Source of the DNA: Octopus sinensis
Taxonomy: Eukaryota
Length of the DNA: 64,000 bases
Assembly (NCBI RefSeq): GCF_006345805.1
Contig: NC_043011.1
Location: 61,888,464 to 61,952,463 of the forward strand
Reading direction: 5' to 3'
Made by a program: the position numbers and the translations under genes. Below, one piece after another: positions 1 to 13,124 of the stretch (positions within the stretch are counted from its first letter, which is position 1; every line of letters starts with the position of its first letter). The notes under the pieces were generated by a model. It searched no databases. It was not told where the DNA came from and saw only the letters and a list, made by a program, of their open reading frames with translations.

Positions 1-325
1 AAGGTGTATATGTAATTATATATGCATGTATATTATATATGCAGCCATTTATTAAGGTTTATGATCTTATAGTTGACTCGTAGTTCAGTTTTTATGTCAC
101 TTATGATGACTCCTCCAATTTCCATTTTATTAATTCTGATCGTACTTAAATAGAACAAAAAATATATATAATAAAAACGTAATACTGCTAAACAAAAAAC
201 CTGTTTTTTCTAAAACGTTATTAACTCATTATTTCAAGAAACTATTGTTTATGAAGCTGTATATGGAATCTAGCTGGTATCGATTCTTGTTAGACGGAAG
301 GAAAAGAAATTTGCTGGTGTGTTAA

Positions 326-560
326 CCTATTCATGCCGATCATCTGTTTAAAGTGACAATTTATAAGGGTGTAAAACAAAATACTTGATACAAATTGTGT
401 ATGATCTGCATTAAAGAATGAAACATGTTCTTAACGCGTGTGCACTCTGTATCAAACGGATTTCAATGAAATTTTTTAGGGTTCTTATTTAGCTCAAGAT
501 AATAGCATCTGTGGATTTTCAGGTAATTTCATTCACTCGAAAAATTTCGGCACGAATGGG
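326..560. mobile_element. piggyBac-type MITE
   Basis: TTAA on both sides (322-325, 561-564); 14-bp TIR CCTATTCATGCCGA versus rc CCCATTCGTGCCGA, 2 mismatches; no coding capacity. Confidence 0.8.
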
Positions 561-636
561 TTAAATATTCTACAGAGTAAGGCAGTATTTGCAATGAAAT
601 AACCAGCATCCAGCACAGAAAGGAAAGGTCTAATGT

Positions 637-842
637 TTAACTCTTTAAACTGTCCGCATCCAACCTAAACATTCTACTTGTTTTACGTTCGCATTGGCCA
701 GATCTGGCCTCATGCACCTGTCCGACACTGCCATTCTAAAAATGAACAGTCATATCGTTGAATTGCCGAAGCTACAAGATAATGCGTATTTAATCCAAGA
801 TATGACATTTGAATGGATTATCTGAATTGCTAAACGGTTGGA
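637..842. mobile_element. degenerate piggyBac-like MITE
   Basis: Begins TTAACTCTTTA and ends TGCTAAACGGTT, a decayed TTAA-CCCTTTAGCA...TGCTAAAGGG-TTAA pattern. Confidence 0.45.
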
Positions 843-879
843 TTAATTTCAAAACTAAGTTCACTGAATTTTATTACCG

Positions 880-1185
880 CTGTGTGGTAAGAAGTTTGCT
901 TCCCAACCATATGGTTCCGGGTTCAGTCTCAATGCGTTGCACCTTTGGCGGGTGTCTTCTGCGTTGATGACACTCTGCTTTGAACAGACCAAAACCCTGC
1001 GAATAGATGTGGTAGACGGAAACTGAAAGAAGTCGTGTGTGTGTGTGTTTGTGTGTGTCACCACCGCTTGACAGCCAGTATTATTGTGTCGATCTCCTCG
1101 AAGCCTAGCGGTTCGATTAAACTTCTTCAAGGCGGTGCCCCAGCATGGCCGCAGTCTAAATATTGACTCAAGTAAAAGAAAATAA
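880..1185 (+). mobile_element. SINE family A (tRNA-derived head, CORE-like motif, internal microsatellite)
   Basis: GCTGTGTGGTAAGAAG...GGTTCCGGGTTCAGT head and CCAGCATGGCCGCAGTC...AAGTAAAAGA tail, shared with many copies in the window. Confidence 0.85.
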
Positions 1186-1377
1186 AGGCGGCGTGACTAC
1201 ATTAGAAGCATGCCCTATTTCAGGGGCACATGTTCAGGAGAAATTTTTTCAGCGTGTAATAAAGGCTTAGCTTTGCATATAGGACCTAGACAAGAGTGTT
1301 AGACATTTTCTTTTTAAAGACATGCGTCTTACACGCCATCAAATTCATTATATATTAGTGTTTGGGTAAGATATTAA

Positions 1378-1999
1378 CCCTTCGTGGAACGTTGGGGTTG
1401 TAATTATGCAAAAGGCCATTGGGGCCCCGGGGGACCCTCTGTTATTTTTGCGCATTTCCACACTATCCATAAAGTAATATATGTTTACTCTTGTATGTAC
1501 GTATGTGTGAGTGCATGATACAGAACAAGAAATTTAGCCCTTTATAGGTATATATTGGTAATTATTAGCGTTTAATGGAGGGGAATTAAAATATAATTTA
1601 TTGACTGAAAAAATCTTTATTGAAAGAAATTAATTATTTTATAGTTTTATAAGCTATTATAATAAGAGATACATATAGCACTAAATATAAAATATAACAA
1701 AATTATTTAGTATATCGATTCATACCAGTACAAATACGAAGAAAATTGACTTATAATTCATCAGAATATCTGAAAAAAAGAACATAAAAAATAATTTCAC
1801 AGAAGGGCACTGGGTCCAGTTGAACTCCAAAGACCCTATTTTATGCTGTAACATCCAGATGACTGGAAATGTTTAACTCGAAATTTTGTATGTGCGTACA
1901 TAAACTATTGACAATAAAAGTCATGGGATATAAAATCATTTAGAGAAAAAAATTTAAAATTTGCTGAGATCCCAAGGGACCCCGCCGGCACACGAAGGG
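1378..1999. mobile_element. piggyBac-type non-autonomous element
   Basis: TTAA at 1374-1377 and 2000-2003; termini CCCTTCGTG / CACGAAGGG; GC-rich subterminal GGGGACCC-like motifs at both ends. Confidence 0.85.
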
Positions 2000-2449
2000 T
2001 TAATAAATTATCGAAAAAAAATCTAAATAAGCTTCTTTTAAAACAAAAATGTGCCAACTTACGAGTGAATAACTGGATTAGTTGAGGTAAATATTTTCTT
2101 AATAGGTAAGTTATTTGAATTTGATGAAATAATAAATCGAATCTTAATGTTTATTGACTTACTAAGTATATTACTTTATTACTTTCTTTTAACGATAGAA
2201 CTCGGAGCAGATAAAGCTACAAATAATAGCAGGATATTGGATTAAGGATCCTTGGATAGAAAAAGAGTTCAAGACTGCCTGTGGGACTCGAACCACATCT
2301 GTAAGCACGACAGACGTTTTAACCATTATACCAAAGCAACACCTTGAAATTAACTGGTTCCTTTTTTAGAAGCGTTCTTCTTACCATAAGACATTTTACT
2401 TTATAAGAACATAGAGAGATACGAAGCAAATTATTGTTTGCTTTTTCTT

Positions 2450-2830
2450 CGAGGTGGCGAGATGGTGGAAACGTTAGAACGTCGGGCGAAATGCTTAGCG
2501 ACATTTCGGTTGTCTTTACGTTCTGAGTTCAAATTCCGCCGAGGTTGACCTTGCCTTTCATCCTTTCGAGTTCGATTAAATAAGTACCAGTTACGCACTG
2601 GGGACGATGTAATCGACTTAATCCGTTTGTCTGTCCTTGTTTGTCCTCTCTGTGTTTAGCCCCTTGTGGGTAGTAAAGGAATAGGTATTTCATCTGTCTT
2701 TACGTTTCCATTTCATCCTTTCGGGATCGATAAATTAAGTACTTGTTGCCTACTGGGTTCGATCTTATCGAGTGGCCCATCCACTCCAAAAATTTCGAAC
2801 CTTGTGCCTAGAGTAGAAAAGATTATTGTT
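2450..2830 (+). mobile_element. SINE family B (Meta-domain-like), internally duplicated
   Basis: GGCGAGCTGGCAGAAACGTTAGCACG-type head; GAGTTCAAATTCCGCCGAGGTCGACTTTGCCTTTCATCCTTTCGGGGTCGATAAA-type core. Confidence 0.85.
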
Positions 2831-3751
2831 GTTTTTATTTTATTTTCTTATCCAAAGATATTTTAACTGAGTATTCTACACGTTATTATTTATAGAATTA
2901 TCTACTTCTAAATCCAATGTAAACAAAAAATATCCTCACACATTTGTCCAGTGCAATTTATACTTTAATTTGCGTAACAAATTATCAGTATTTAGAACTC
3001 CATGCGTATTTCTGTTCATGTTTAGTAATTGTATCTTTTGTTTTGAAATCTGGATTTGATTATTACTCAGGGTATATGTAAAAAAAACAGAACAAAACGT
3101 ACGTTTCATTAACACAGGGTTATTGTAAATTGCACAATGTAAAATGCATGGTCAGGACTTATTGTTAAGTCGTCAGAGACGTGTAAACTTTATTCGTAAC
3201 ATTTCTGCATTGAAAACATGGAAAGATGGATACAACTGTACCTGATTGCATAGGGAAAAACACTTAATATTGGTGTTAGATGGGGAAAATTATCATACAG
3301 CAGAAAGAGAGGGAGGCAGACAGAAGATTAGATGACAGCAGGAAGCTAGTTGATATAGATGCCAGGTCATTTCCTTCTTAACAGTTTTATTGTTGCATCT
3401 TATCAGTTGCTTTTCTTTGAAGTTGGTTAAGTTTAGATTACCACAAAATTATGCGACGGATATCTTTTCCAGATACTGCGTAAAATTCACCTGTGCCTGT
3501 ATCAGTATGCGTGTGTGTGTATGTATTTGGGTACGTCTAAGTATTTGCGTATGTTTATGCATGTGTATATGTATGTATGTATGTGTATATGTATGTATGT
3601 GTGTATGTAGGTCACTGTTCAGCTTTATTTCGAGATTTCTTGGCAATGGAGAAAGAGCCGGTTTCTAACCTAGATCCAATGCCCCTTCATTGGAATTTCA
3701 ACATCAAAAACAGGGCAGTTTTGTTTGTATGCTCATATATGTGCAGATTTC

Positions 3752-4225
3752 TATGTATGTATGTATGTATGTATGTATGTGTGTATGTATGTGTGTATGT
3801 ATGTATGTATGTATGTACGTATGTATGTATGTATGTATGTATGTATGTATGTATGTATGTATGTGTGTATGTATGTATGTATGTAGTATGTATGTATGTA
3901 TGTATGTATGTGTATGTATGTATGTACGTATGTATGTAGTAGTACTATGTATGTATGTATGTATGTATGTACGTATGTATGTATGTATGTATGTGTGTAT
4001 GTATGTACGTATGTATGTATGTTGTATGTATGTGTGTATGTATGTATGTATGTATGTATGTATGTATGTATGTATGTGTGTATGTATGTATGTATGTATG
4101 TATGCATGCATGTGTGTATGTATGTATGTATGTATGTATGTGTGTATGTATGTATGTATGTATGTATGTATGTATGTATGTATGTATGTATGTATGTATG
4201 TGTGTATGTGCGTATGCATGTATGA
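3752..4225. repeat. (TATG)n microsatellite
   Basis: Directly visible ~470-bp array with interruptions. Confidence 0.95.
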
Positions 4226-4387
4226 ATATTTGTGTTTGTGCTTTATGTTTGGTGATTTTAAGTTTGCATGAATCGCTTCTCGAAATGTGTACGTGACTAC
4301 GTATCTGATAACATATGTATGTGGGTATGTATATGCGTATGTTTGTATACATGTGTGCTTTTGTGTATATATGTGCATGTACGTAAG

Positions 4388-4450
<63 letters not shown>

Positions 4451-4825
4451 TGTGCGTGTGTGGATGTGTGTGTAATATATATATATATATTATATATATA
4501 TATATTATATATATATACACTCACATATATCCTTTTACGTGTGTGTATATGTATATATATATATATACACGCATACATACATATACACATGCAAATACGC
4601 TTGCATATACATGCATACAAATATATACATAGACACACACGTATACACGAAAGCATTCATACTCTCATGCACATGAACGCCTGCATGAATTCACACACAA
4701 ATACCTGCGCAGGTAAATGAAATACTGATGCATTTAAACTCATTTTGAAATGATTTTCATAATTACTGTGACTGCAATGCTGTTACTCGGTTTGTTGTTG
4801 TTATGCTTGGTGTTTTTATGAACAG

Positions 4826-4868
<43 letters not shown>

Positions 4869-4934
4869 ATTGTTGTTGTTGTTGTTGTTGTTGTTCTTGT
4901 TCTTGTTCTTGTTCTTGTTACAATTATTGTATAT

Positions 4935-5224
4935 CTGGCAGAATGGTTAGCACGCCGAATAAAATGCTTAGCACCATTTCGTCCGTCTTTCAACATCTGA
5001 GTTTAAATTCCGCCGAAGTCGACTTTGCTTTTCTTCCTTTCGGGATCGATAAAATATATAGGCGCAGGCATGGTTGTGTGGTAAGAAGCTTGCTTCCTGA
5101 CAACACGGCTCCGGGTTCAGTCTCACTGCGAGGCACCTTGTGGAAATATCTTCTATTACCTCGGGCAGACCAAAGCTTTCTGAGTGAATTCGGTAGATGG
5201 AAACTGAAAAAACACTACCCCCAC

Positions 5225-5299
<75 letters not shown>

Positions 5300-5314
5300 C
5301 TATCTATCTATCTA

Positions 5315-5351
<37 letters not shown>

Positions 5352-5690
5352 TTATCTATCTATATGTATGTGTGTATGTGTGTGTATGTGTGCATGTGTG
5401 TGTATGTATTTATGTGTCTGTGTCTGTCCCTCCAACATCGTTTGACAACCGATGTTGGTGCGTTTACGTTCTCGTAACTTAGTGGTTTGGCGAAAGAGAC
5501 CGAAAGAATAAGCACGGGATTACAAAGGATAAGTCCTGGCACCGACTTCTTCGATTGAAGACGGTGCTCCAGCATGGCCGCAGTCGTATGAGTGAAACAA
5601 GTAAGAGAATAAAAAAAGATCGATGTAATCGACTTAGCATCACCACCACCCCTGAAATTGCTGGCCTTGTGCCAAAATTTGAAACCATTA
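4935..5690 (+). mobile_element. SINE family B interrupted by a full SINE family A copy (about 5061-5618)
   Basis: B head and core at 4935-5052; A begins GGCGCAGGCATGG after TATATA; the B 3' part resumes at GATCGATGTAATCGACTT. Confidence 0.8.
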
Positions 5691-5699
5691 TTGTCTTTG

Positions 5700-5961
5700 T
5701 TGACGATCATCGACGTTCTTGTTGCTGTTATTGTTGCTGCTGCTATTGTCGTCGTGCTGTTATTAACATTCTTTCAGTTGCAGTTATAGTTACTTGGGTA
5801 CTTGTTGTTGTCGTTGTAGTTGTTGTTGCTACAGTTGTGGCTATCGATGATGTTGTTGTAGTGGTTGTTGATAGTGCAGCTATTACTGTTTATGTTGTTG
5901 TTACTGCTGCGCTGTTTGCGGTTGCTGCTGCTGCTAATGATGATGATGATGTTGTTGCTGA

Positions 5962-5994
<33 letters not shown>

Positions 5995-6060
5995 GGTGGT
6001 GGTGGTGGTGGTGGTGGTGGTGTGGTGTGGTGGTGGTGGTGGTGGTGGTTGTTGTTGTCG
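5700..6060. repeat. degenerate (GTT/GCT/GAT/GGT)n trinucleotide tract
   Basis: Directly visible. Confidence 0.9.
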
Positions 6061-6284
6061 ATATTGCTGCTGATATCCCCGCTCCTCATGCTATATATTA
6101 CACCAACAAGATTCTGGCTTCCCTACAAAATCACTCACTGCCATAACGAAGATTTAAACGCAATGGCGCTGACAACTGCAAAGCGTTTCGTATCGAATGA
6201 CATTGAAGAAACCAACAGCTATGGAAGCAGCTAAGCGACACCACTTACCTTTGTTTGTTCCAATGAAAAGAACCCTTACGAGCC

Positions 6285-6465
6285 AGTCTAGATTGCGAAA
6301 ATAGCAGCTAACCCTACCTCAAATTTCACCTGGCTGTTTTTAAAACGAAACGAGACATGGCACATTAAAGTCATAGAGATATGAAAGGAAGGAATGTTCA
6401 GGGCCAGATCACTTGGTTGTGGGTCTGCTTCATTGGCAGTAACCTAGGGTTGAATAACAATATCC
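6285..6465 (+). repeat. dispersed ~190-bp repeat, family D (unclassified)
   Basis: GAAATAGCAGCNAAA..CCTCAAAT...GGTCTGCT...GGGCTAAACAAC pattern recurs near 25800, 29830, 39620, 40215 (-), 50010 and 50935. Confidence 0.6.
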
Positions 6466-6572
6466 AACAGGGTCAGTGCTAATTCAAATGTGTGAGTGGT
6501 AGTGCGCGCGCATGCGCATTTGCACTCATAAATGTATATGCGTGTATATATATATATATGCATATGTATATG

Positions 6573-6629
<57 letters not shown>

Positions 6630-6719
6630 ATCAACAGTTTAGTATACGTTACAACTCTATCTCTCTAAGATTTTATAACTAGCTATTTGTTGCGTATTAT
6701 ATATATAGATATATATTGC

Positions 6720-6829
<110 letters not shown>

Positions 6830-7089
6830 ATATATAATGTGTGTGTGGTGTGTGTGTGCATGTGTGTGTATACATTTATATATATATTATATATATATTA
6901 TATAAATACATACATACATACATACACATGTTCCGGCATGGCCACAGTCTAATAACTGAAACAAGTAAAAGATAAAAAAGATATATATATGCATGTATGT
7001 ATATGTATGTATATTCATGTTTATATACATATACATATGTATATGCATGTGTGTGTATATGTATGTATACATATATGTATGTGTGTGTT

Positions 7090-7279
7090 TATCTCACATC
7101 TATTTTCATTCCTCCACTTCACTCTCTATTTCGTATCTAAATTAACTATATTGCTTAACCATCTTCTCACACCATCTTCGATGAAGGGATGTAATAAATA
7201 AACTAGGTACAGCTGTAAGACCTTCTATTTATAAATGTTCTAAAATCTACACAGCCTGGTTTTTATCTCTACAAAAAAC

Positions 7280-7280
<1 letters not shown>
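7090..7280 (+). mobile_element. PLE-like terminal fragment next to (TA)n, family F3
   Basis: Same sequence as 43372-43560 in the opposite orientation (CTCACACC..CGATGAAGGGAT..ACAGCTGTAAGACCTTCTAT). Confidence 0.6.
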
Positions 7281-7320
<40 letters not shown>

Positions 7321-7326
<6 letters not shown>

Positions 7327-7521
7327 TCCAAACATGAAACACAAAGAGAAAACACAACAACGCGAGGACGTGGAACAAGTATAGTATTATTGGACTCTCA
7401 GGAAAGAAAGAAAGAAGGAGGATTTAACGTTTCGAGCGGAGCTCTTCGTCAGAAACATAGGAAAAGGAAAGATCCAAGGAAGAGAAGACGTAGGAAAAAT
7501 CGCCAACGGTACACACGCGGT
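7321..7521 (-). mobile_element. PLE-like short element F1 with hammerhead motif
   Basis: Homologous to 25232-25430 (+); abuts (TA)n. Confidence 0.7.
7422..7456 (-). ncRNA. minimal type I hammerhead ribozyme motif, canonical core
   Basis: rc reads GUUU-CUGACGA-A-GAGC(UCC)GCUC-GAAA-C-GUU-AAAU. Confidence 0.7.
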
Positions 7522-7728
7522 CTTGTCTGGGGAGAGTCATTCTCTTTTAGTGCCTTATAATTTAACAAGATGCAACGAAATTTTTAGAAAAATAAAAAAA
7601 AAGAAATGTGGAAATTTTGCTGTTGATTGTATAAGGCAGTAAAAGAGAATGACTCACACCAGATGCAACAGAATATGCTTCAACACATGAAATCACTTAA
7701 AGAATCTTGCAAACCAAATCCAAAAACG

Positions 7729-7731
<3 letters not shown>
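7522..7731 (+). mobile_element. internally deleted foldback element, same family as 26000-26412
   Basis: GAGTCATTCTCTTTTAGTGCCTTAT ... ATAAGGCAGTAAAAGAGAATGACTC inverted pair plus the same tail, ending CCAAATCCAAAAACGAAA-(TA)n. Confidence 0.75.
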
Positions 7732-7769
<38 letters not shown>

Positions 7770-8184
7770 TATAGGCACATGCCTCAGCACGGCCACAGTC
7801 TAACGACTGAAACAAATAAAAGATAAAAGATATATATATATGAATATATGTATATGCATGTATATATGCATATATATATATATCTATTTGCATGTGTGTA
7901 TGCAAATGTATGTATATATATATATATATATATATAAGCATGTATATATGTATGTCATCGTCATCATCATCATAGTTCTTCTGTCGTTGCCGACGATCAC
8001 CAAGGACATCACATGATCACATGAGAGAAAAAGACAGGGCACGGTGTACCCGGATGTGGTCGATTAATCCGATGCGTTTCAGAATAATATGTTTTCTGTG
8101 ATATCACTCTGTTATTGCTTGTGTACATGCGTGTATATGTGTATGCATGTGCGTGCCTACGTATGTTTTTGTGTGTGTGTGTGT

Positions 8185-8221
<37 letters not shown>

Positions 8222-9238
8222 GTTGAAGATAGGCTTCTGCACAGTTTCTGTACATCAAATTCCACTCACAAGTCATTGGTTAACCGGATATCACAGTAAC
8301 AATCATTTCTCCAGCAGGCGTTTCGTGAGATCGAACCTAAAAGCATGCAATTGTGAAGTAAAATCTTTTTACCCCACGTCTGCGACTAATTGGCTCCCTC
8401 ACTCCCTCTCTCTCCCCCTCTCTCCCCCTCTCTCCCCATCTCTCCCCCTCTCCCCCTCTCTCTCTCTCTCAGTTTTTTTCTTTTTATTGTATATCTTATT
8501 TATTTATCTATTTGTTGCTGACGTCGACTCTCACCCGTTTCTACTGATTCTAGTTGAATTACATTACTTTATTTGCTTTGCCATAGAAAATAGTTTCTTC
8601 ACACGCCATCGCTTTCAATTTCTACCTTAAAGGTGTGCACCCGGGTACTCTGCTGTGGTCGGTAAAAGAAAATAATAAGATGCCAGTAACCTGAACTTAA
8701 TTTTATTATGCCTCATTTCTTCAACTGGCACTATTTACTCATTTTACTCAAAGAAACAAAAACAAAACAATTCTGTGCTTTTCTTTTTATCTTTCTGCTA
8801 CATCAATTCAAACTTGTCTTTCATCCAAGAATTCTTATTTTCTTTCGCGAACTACCAACGAAACACAAGTCTGAGATACCAAACTTTTAGAAGATCTCAG
8901 AAAATGCTAAAACCAAAACAATACTGGTAAGGATTTCACTAAATTGTAGAATGTTTAAACTTGAATTCACCCCAAACAATTTGCTCTACAGAAATAAAAA
9001 CTGCTCCGAGTTTACTGTATGTTAATCTCAAGGTCATAGCATCGCATTTCCATGTTGAATTTCCCGTAAGTTTTCTTGTAAACGGATTTAGTTTTCTATG
9101 CAACAGGATTTTCGGTGCAGAGATTTGATTAAATGTTCCTTTGTACGGTTGCTTGCTGTCGTACAGTATGCTACATCAGTGAACCACCAACTCTTGCATA
9201 AATATATTATTCCAGTATGTGTGTGTGTGTCCGTGTGT

Positions 9239-9276
<38 letters not shown>

Positions 9277-9373
9277 TGTGTGTGTGTGTGTGTGCGTTTG
9301 ATGATCGCATTGGTGTGACAAAGTCACCCGGATAGCGTGACAAAGTCTAAGCTTCAGTTTTAATAAACAAGGC

Positions 9374-9423
<50 letters not shown>

Positions 9424-9825
9424 TGTGTGTGTGTGTGTGTACAGGTGATGATCGCACTGGTGTGAAAACCCGGGTAGTGTGACAGTCTCAGCTTCAGTTT
9501 TAATAAACAAAGCTGTGTGTGTACTGGTGTGTGTGTGTGTGTGTGTAATTTAATTTGAAACTGATGCAAACCGAATAATTTAGAGAAATTTTCTTTTGTT
9601 ATTTTGTACACGATCTACATTTGCAATCGCTGGGACCTGCGTTCGATCCCACTGCAGATTTCTTTGGCTCGGTCAGTGTCTTCAATGATAAATTTAATCG
9701 CTGAGAGTTCTGTAAGAGGAATTTGGCTGTCGAAAACTGTGTGGAAGACCGCTAAATACACTGCAACAGTATTTGTACTTGTTGCTTCTACCGAATGTCT
9801 CTCGTTGTGAAATTTACAAATAGAG

Positions 9826-9864
<39 letters not shown>

Positions 9865-9870
<6 letters not shown>

Positions 9871-10107
9871 TTGTTATCGCCATATTAATATGGCATTCTT
9901 ATAGAAATAAGAATAATCGCTGCCGCTGGTCAGCTCCATGAGGCCACCGCCTTAAGATAGCAATTGATACACGATCTGTATCCATTATGGATACAGATCG
10001 TGTATCAATTGCTATCTTAAGGCGGTGGCCTCATGGAGCTGACCAGCGGCAGCGATTATTCTTATTTCTATAAGAATGCCATATTAATATGGCGATAACA
10101 ATTAATT
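9865..10107. repeat. perfect 243-bp palindrome (121-bp arms, 1-nt centre at 9986)
   Basis: Arms read as exact reverse complements from AATTAATTGTTATCGCC to GGCGATAACAATTAATT; flanked by (TA)n. Confidence 0.95.
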
Positions 10108-10155
10108 TCCAGTAAACGCTGTCGTAATCTCTTTATAGAGACTTAGTAATTTTAA

Positions 10156-10230
<75 letters not shown>

Positions 10231-10258
10231 CATACATATATATATATACATACATACA

Positions 10259-10291
<33 letters not shown>

Positions 10292-10609
10292 GCATACATA
10301 CATAGATACATACATATATGCATATATATATATATGTATATATATACACAAATATTTACAGGTATACACTCAATATGTGAGTGTGCGTGCGGTATGTATG
10401 AATGTATATGCGTGTGTGTGTGAGCGCGAGCGCGCGTAATTACCGAGCACATCTGCTGATGAAATGTCACGTGCGACTCTGGAAAACAATTTTATTTGCT
10501 CGTTTTTTGTGGGGAGGGGCTTTTAACGGCTTTAATAATATAGTATTTTCATATATTTTCTATATATGCATGTATATAGATGTATACACAAACTCACAAT
10601 ATCATAAAT

Positions 10610-11130
10610 ATGTATGTAGGTATGTATGTATGTGTGTGTGTGTATGTATGTATGTATGTACGTATGTATGTATGTATGTATGTATGTGTATGTATGTATG
10701 GATGTAAGTATGTATGTATGTATGTATGTGTACGTATGTATGTATGTACGGGTGTATTGTATGTATGCATGTATGTTGTATGTATGTATGTTGCATGTAT
10801 GTATGTATGTATGTATGTATGTACGTATATGTATGTACGGGTGATGTATGTAGCATGATGTATGTATGTCTTTCTATGTATATATGTTGTGTGTGATGAT
10901 GTATGTATGTATGTATGTATGTATGTATGTATGTATGTATGTATGTATGTAGGTATGCTGGTATGTATGTATGTGATGTATGTGTGTATGTACGTATGCA
11001 TCATGTATGTATGTACGTATGTATGTGTATGTATATTATGATGTATGTTGCATGTTGTATGTATGTATGTATGTATGTATGTATGTATGTATGTATGTAG
11101 TATGTATGTATGTGTGTATGTATGTATGCA
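10610..11130. repeat. (TATG)n microsatellite
   Basis: Directly visible. Confidence 0.95.
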
Positions 11131-11357
11131 GCATCGGTTTCATTGAATTATAAAGATGATAAATCAATTCAATTTGTGTGGATTTTATTTTTCCGTTGCC
11201 GTTTTGTCGGATTCCTTCGTTCGTTCCTTTCCTTATAATGTTTGACCCCGACCGATCTCCACCACCCCCCACCTTCTCGCCTGCTTCCTGCCTTTCGAAA
11301 ACGAGGATTCACTTATTTCGGCAGTAAATCAAAACTAAACTCACTCTATACGCATAT

Positions 11358-11404
<47 letters not shown>

Positions 11405-11486
11405 TGTGTATGTGTGTCTCAGATTGTGTGTGGGTCTGTGCGTGCTATATATATATATATATATATATATAAAGATATAAAGATAT

Positions 11487-11537
<51 letters not shown>

Positions 11538-11941
11538 CACACACAAATACACTCACATCTGTATGCATATATATCATATAGAACGATATATGAATATAGA
11601 TATAGATATGGTGGTGTGTGTGTGACTGTATGTGTGTAATATACATATATATATATATAATATATATAATATAATATATATTATATAATATAAATGTATA
11701 TACAATATATATACAAACATACATGTATATACATATTTGCAAAGAATGTGTATGTGTGTGTATGTATGTGTGTGTCTGTTTGTGTGAGCACATGTTTGTG
11801 TATGTATGTATGTATGTGTCTATATTAGTTATGATTTCATAATTTCATAAATTCAAATATCTGTTACTTTTCTTTCATCTTTATATATTTATTATTATAA
11901 ATTTTATTTATTTATTTCACTGTTTATCTATTTATTCCAAG

Positions 11942-12031
11942 AAATTCTCCAGTTCCATATCTCGTGAACCAACGCTGTGACCAGCTCAGAAAAATCCGCT
12001 TCTCATTTCATCTTGATCAAAAACCTGAAAG
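11942..12031 (+). CDS. candidate internal coding exon (NSPVPYLVNQRCDQLRKIRFSFHLDQKPE), product unknown
   Basis: T-rich tract plus AG upstream, consensus donor AAG|GTAAGT, a single open frame, non-repetitive; no recognised homology. Confidence 0.35.
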
Positions 12032-12241
12032 GTAAGTCTTTTTGTTTTTTGTTTTTTCTCTTTGAGTTTGTCTATGGCCCAAGTTCTCCCTCCCTCACTC
12101 TCGTCTCTCTCCCTTTATTCTTTTGCCCTATTTCGACCCTCTCTCTTTCTCTCTCTCTCTGACTCTATATGACTGTCTGTCCCTCTCTCTCACTTTTCAC
12201 TCTGCATATATACATGCATACATTGTTAATATATATGTATA

Positions 12242-12278
<37 letters not shown>

Positions 12279-12319
12279 GTGTTGTGTATATATATATGTA
12301 TATATATATATTATACATA

Positions 12320-12431
<112 letters not shown>

Positions 12432-13124
12432 GTATATATATATATGTATATAACATATACTAACATATATATATATATATAAATAATAATATATATATAT
12501 ATAGACTTACTCTATCACGAATAGACAGCCATCATATAATATATGTTTGCACGTATGTATGTATGTATAAGGTGGACATGGCATGGGCCATTCTTTGGCC
12601 GAAACGTGACTAAACTATCTCAGCCATCTAAGTATTTATGCCAGAGGGATGGACACCAGGATGACGTATGGGCGAAGCGATGTTCTTAATCATATAACCA
12701 TGCCTGTTATCATAGTCTTGTGTTCAGCTGAAAAGAAACAATATCCATTTGTTCATTTAACACATTTAAAACGAATCCGTCTTTTTATTTTTTTTACTTA
12801 AGATCACATTAGACACACGTCAGCTCTACAACAGCGGTTATCAACCAGTTGCAGTACAGCGACTCCTTCTATGGACAGGCATTTAAAAAACGGATCTTCC
12901 TCCATCCTCAACCCTATATTTCTCAGACAAAAAAAAAAGAGAAAAAGACAGTGGCAGATTATTTTAATTAAATAAAAGTTAATTTGCGCAGCGTTTTGCT
13001 GTCCCTATTTGCTACTAGCGTTTCATCCAACAAATGTCGTTTTCTTTTTAGATATTTGTGTGGTTTGATGTTCCTGATGTTAGATTTTGATGGACATCAC
13101 TAAAGAAGACGAGGACTTGTATAA

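Noticed and set aside
2255-2325. tRNA-like segment on the minus strand (GGTTCGAGTCCC); similar B box near 50262
   Set aside because: No complete cloverleaf could be drawn; at most a decayed SINE head or pseudo-tRNA
3690-4720. Long ORFs of MYVC/YIHT/IY repeats, here and throughout the window
   Set aside because: Translations of (TATG)n, (TA)n and (TG)n microsatellites, which lack stops in some frames
5555-6146. Poly-Val/Leu ORFs resembling membrane proteins
   Set aside because: Trinucleotide tracts plus a SINE tail
12585-12690. GGCC-loop-GGCC-GAAACGTG hammerhead-like stem
   Set aside because: No recognisable 7-nt core or stem I; too degenerate to call
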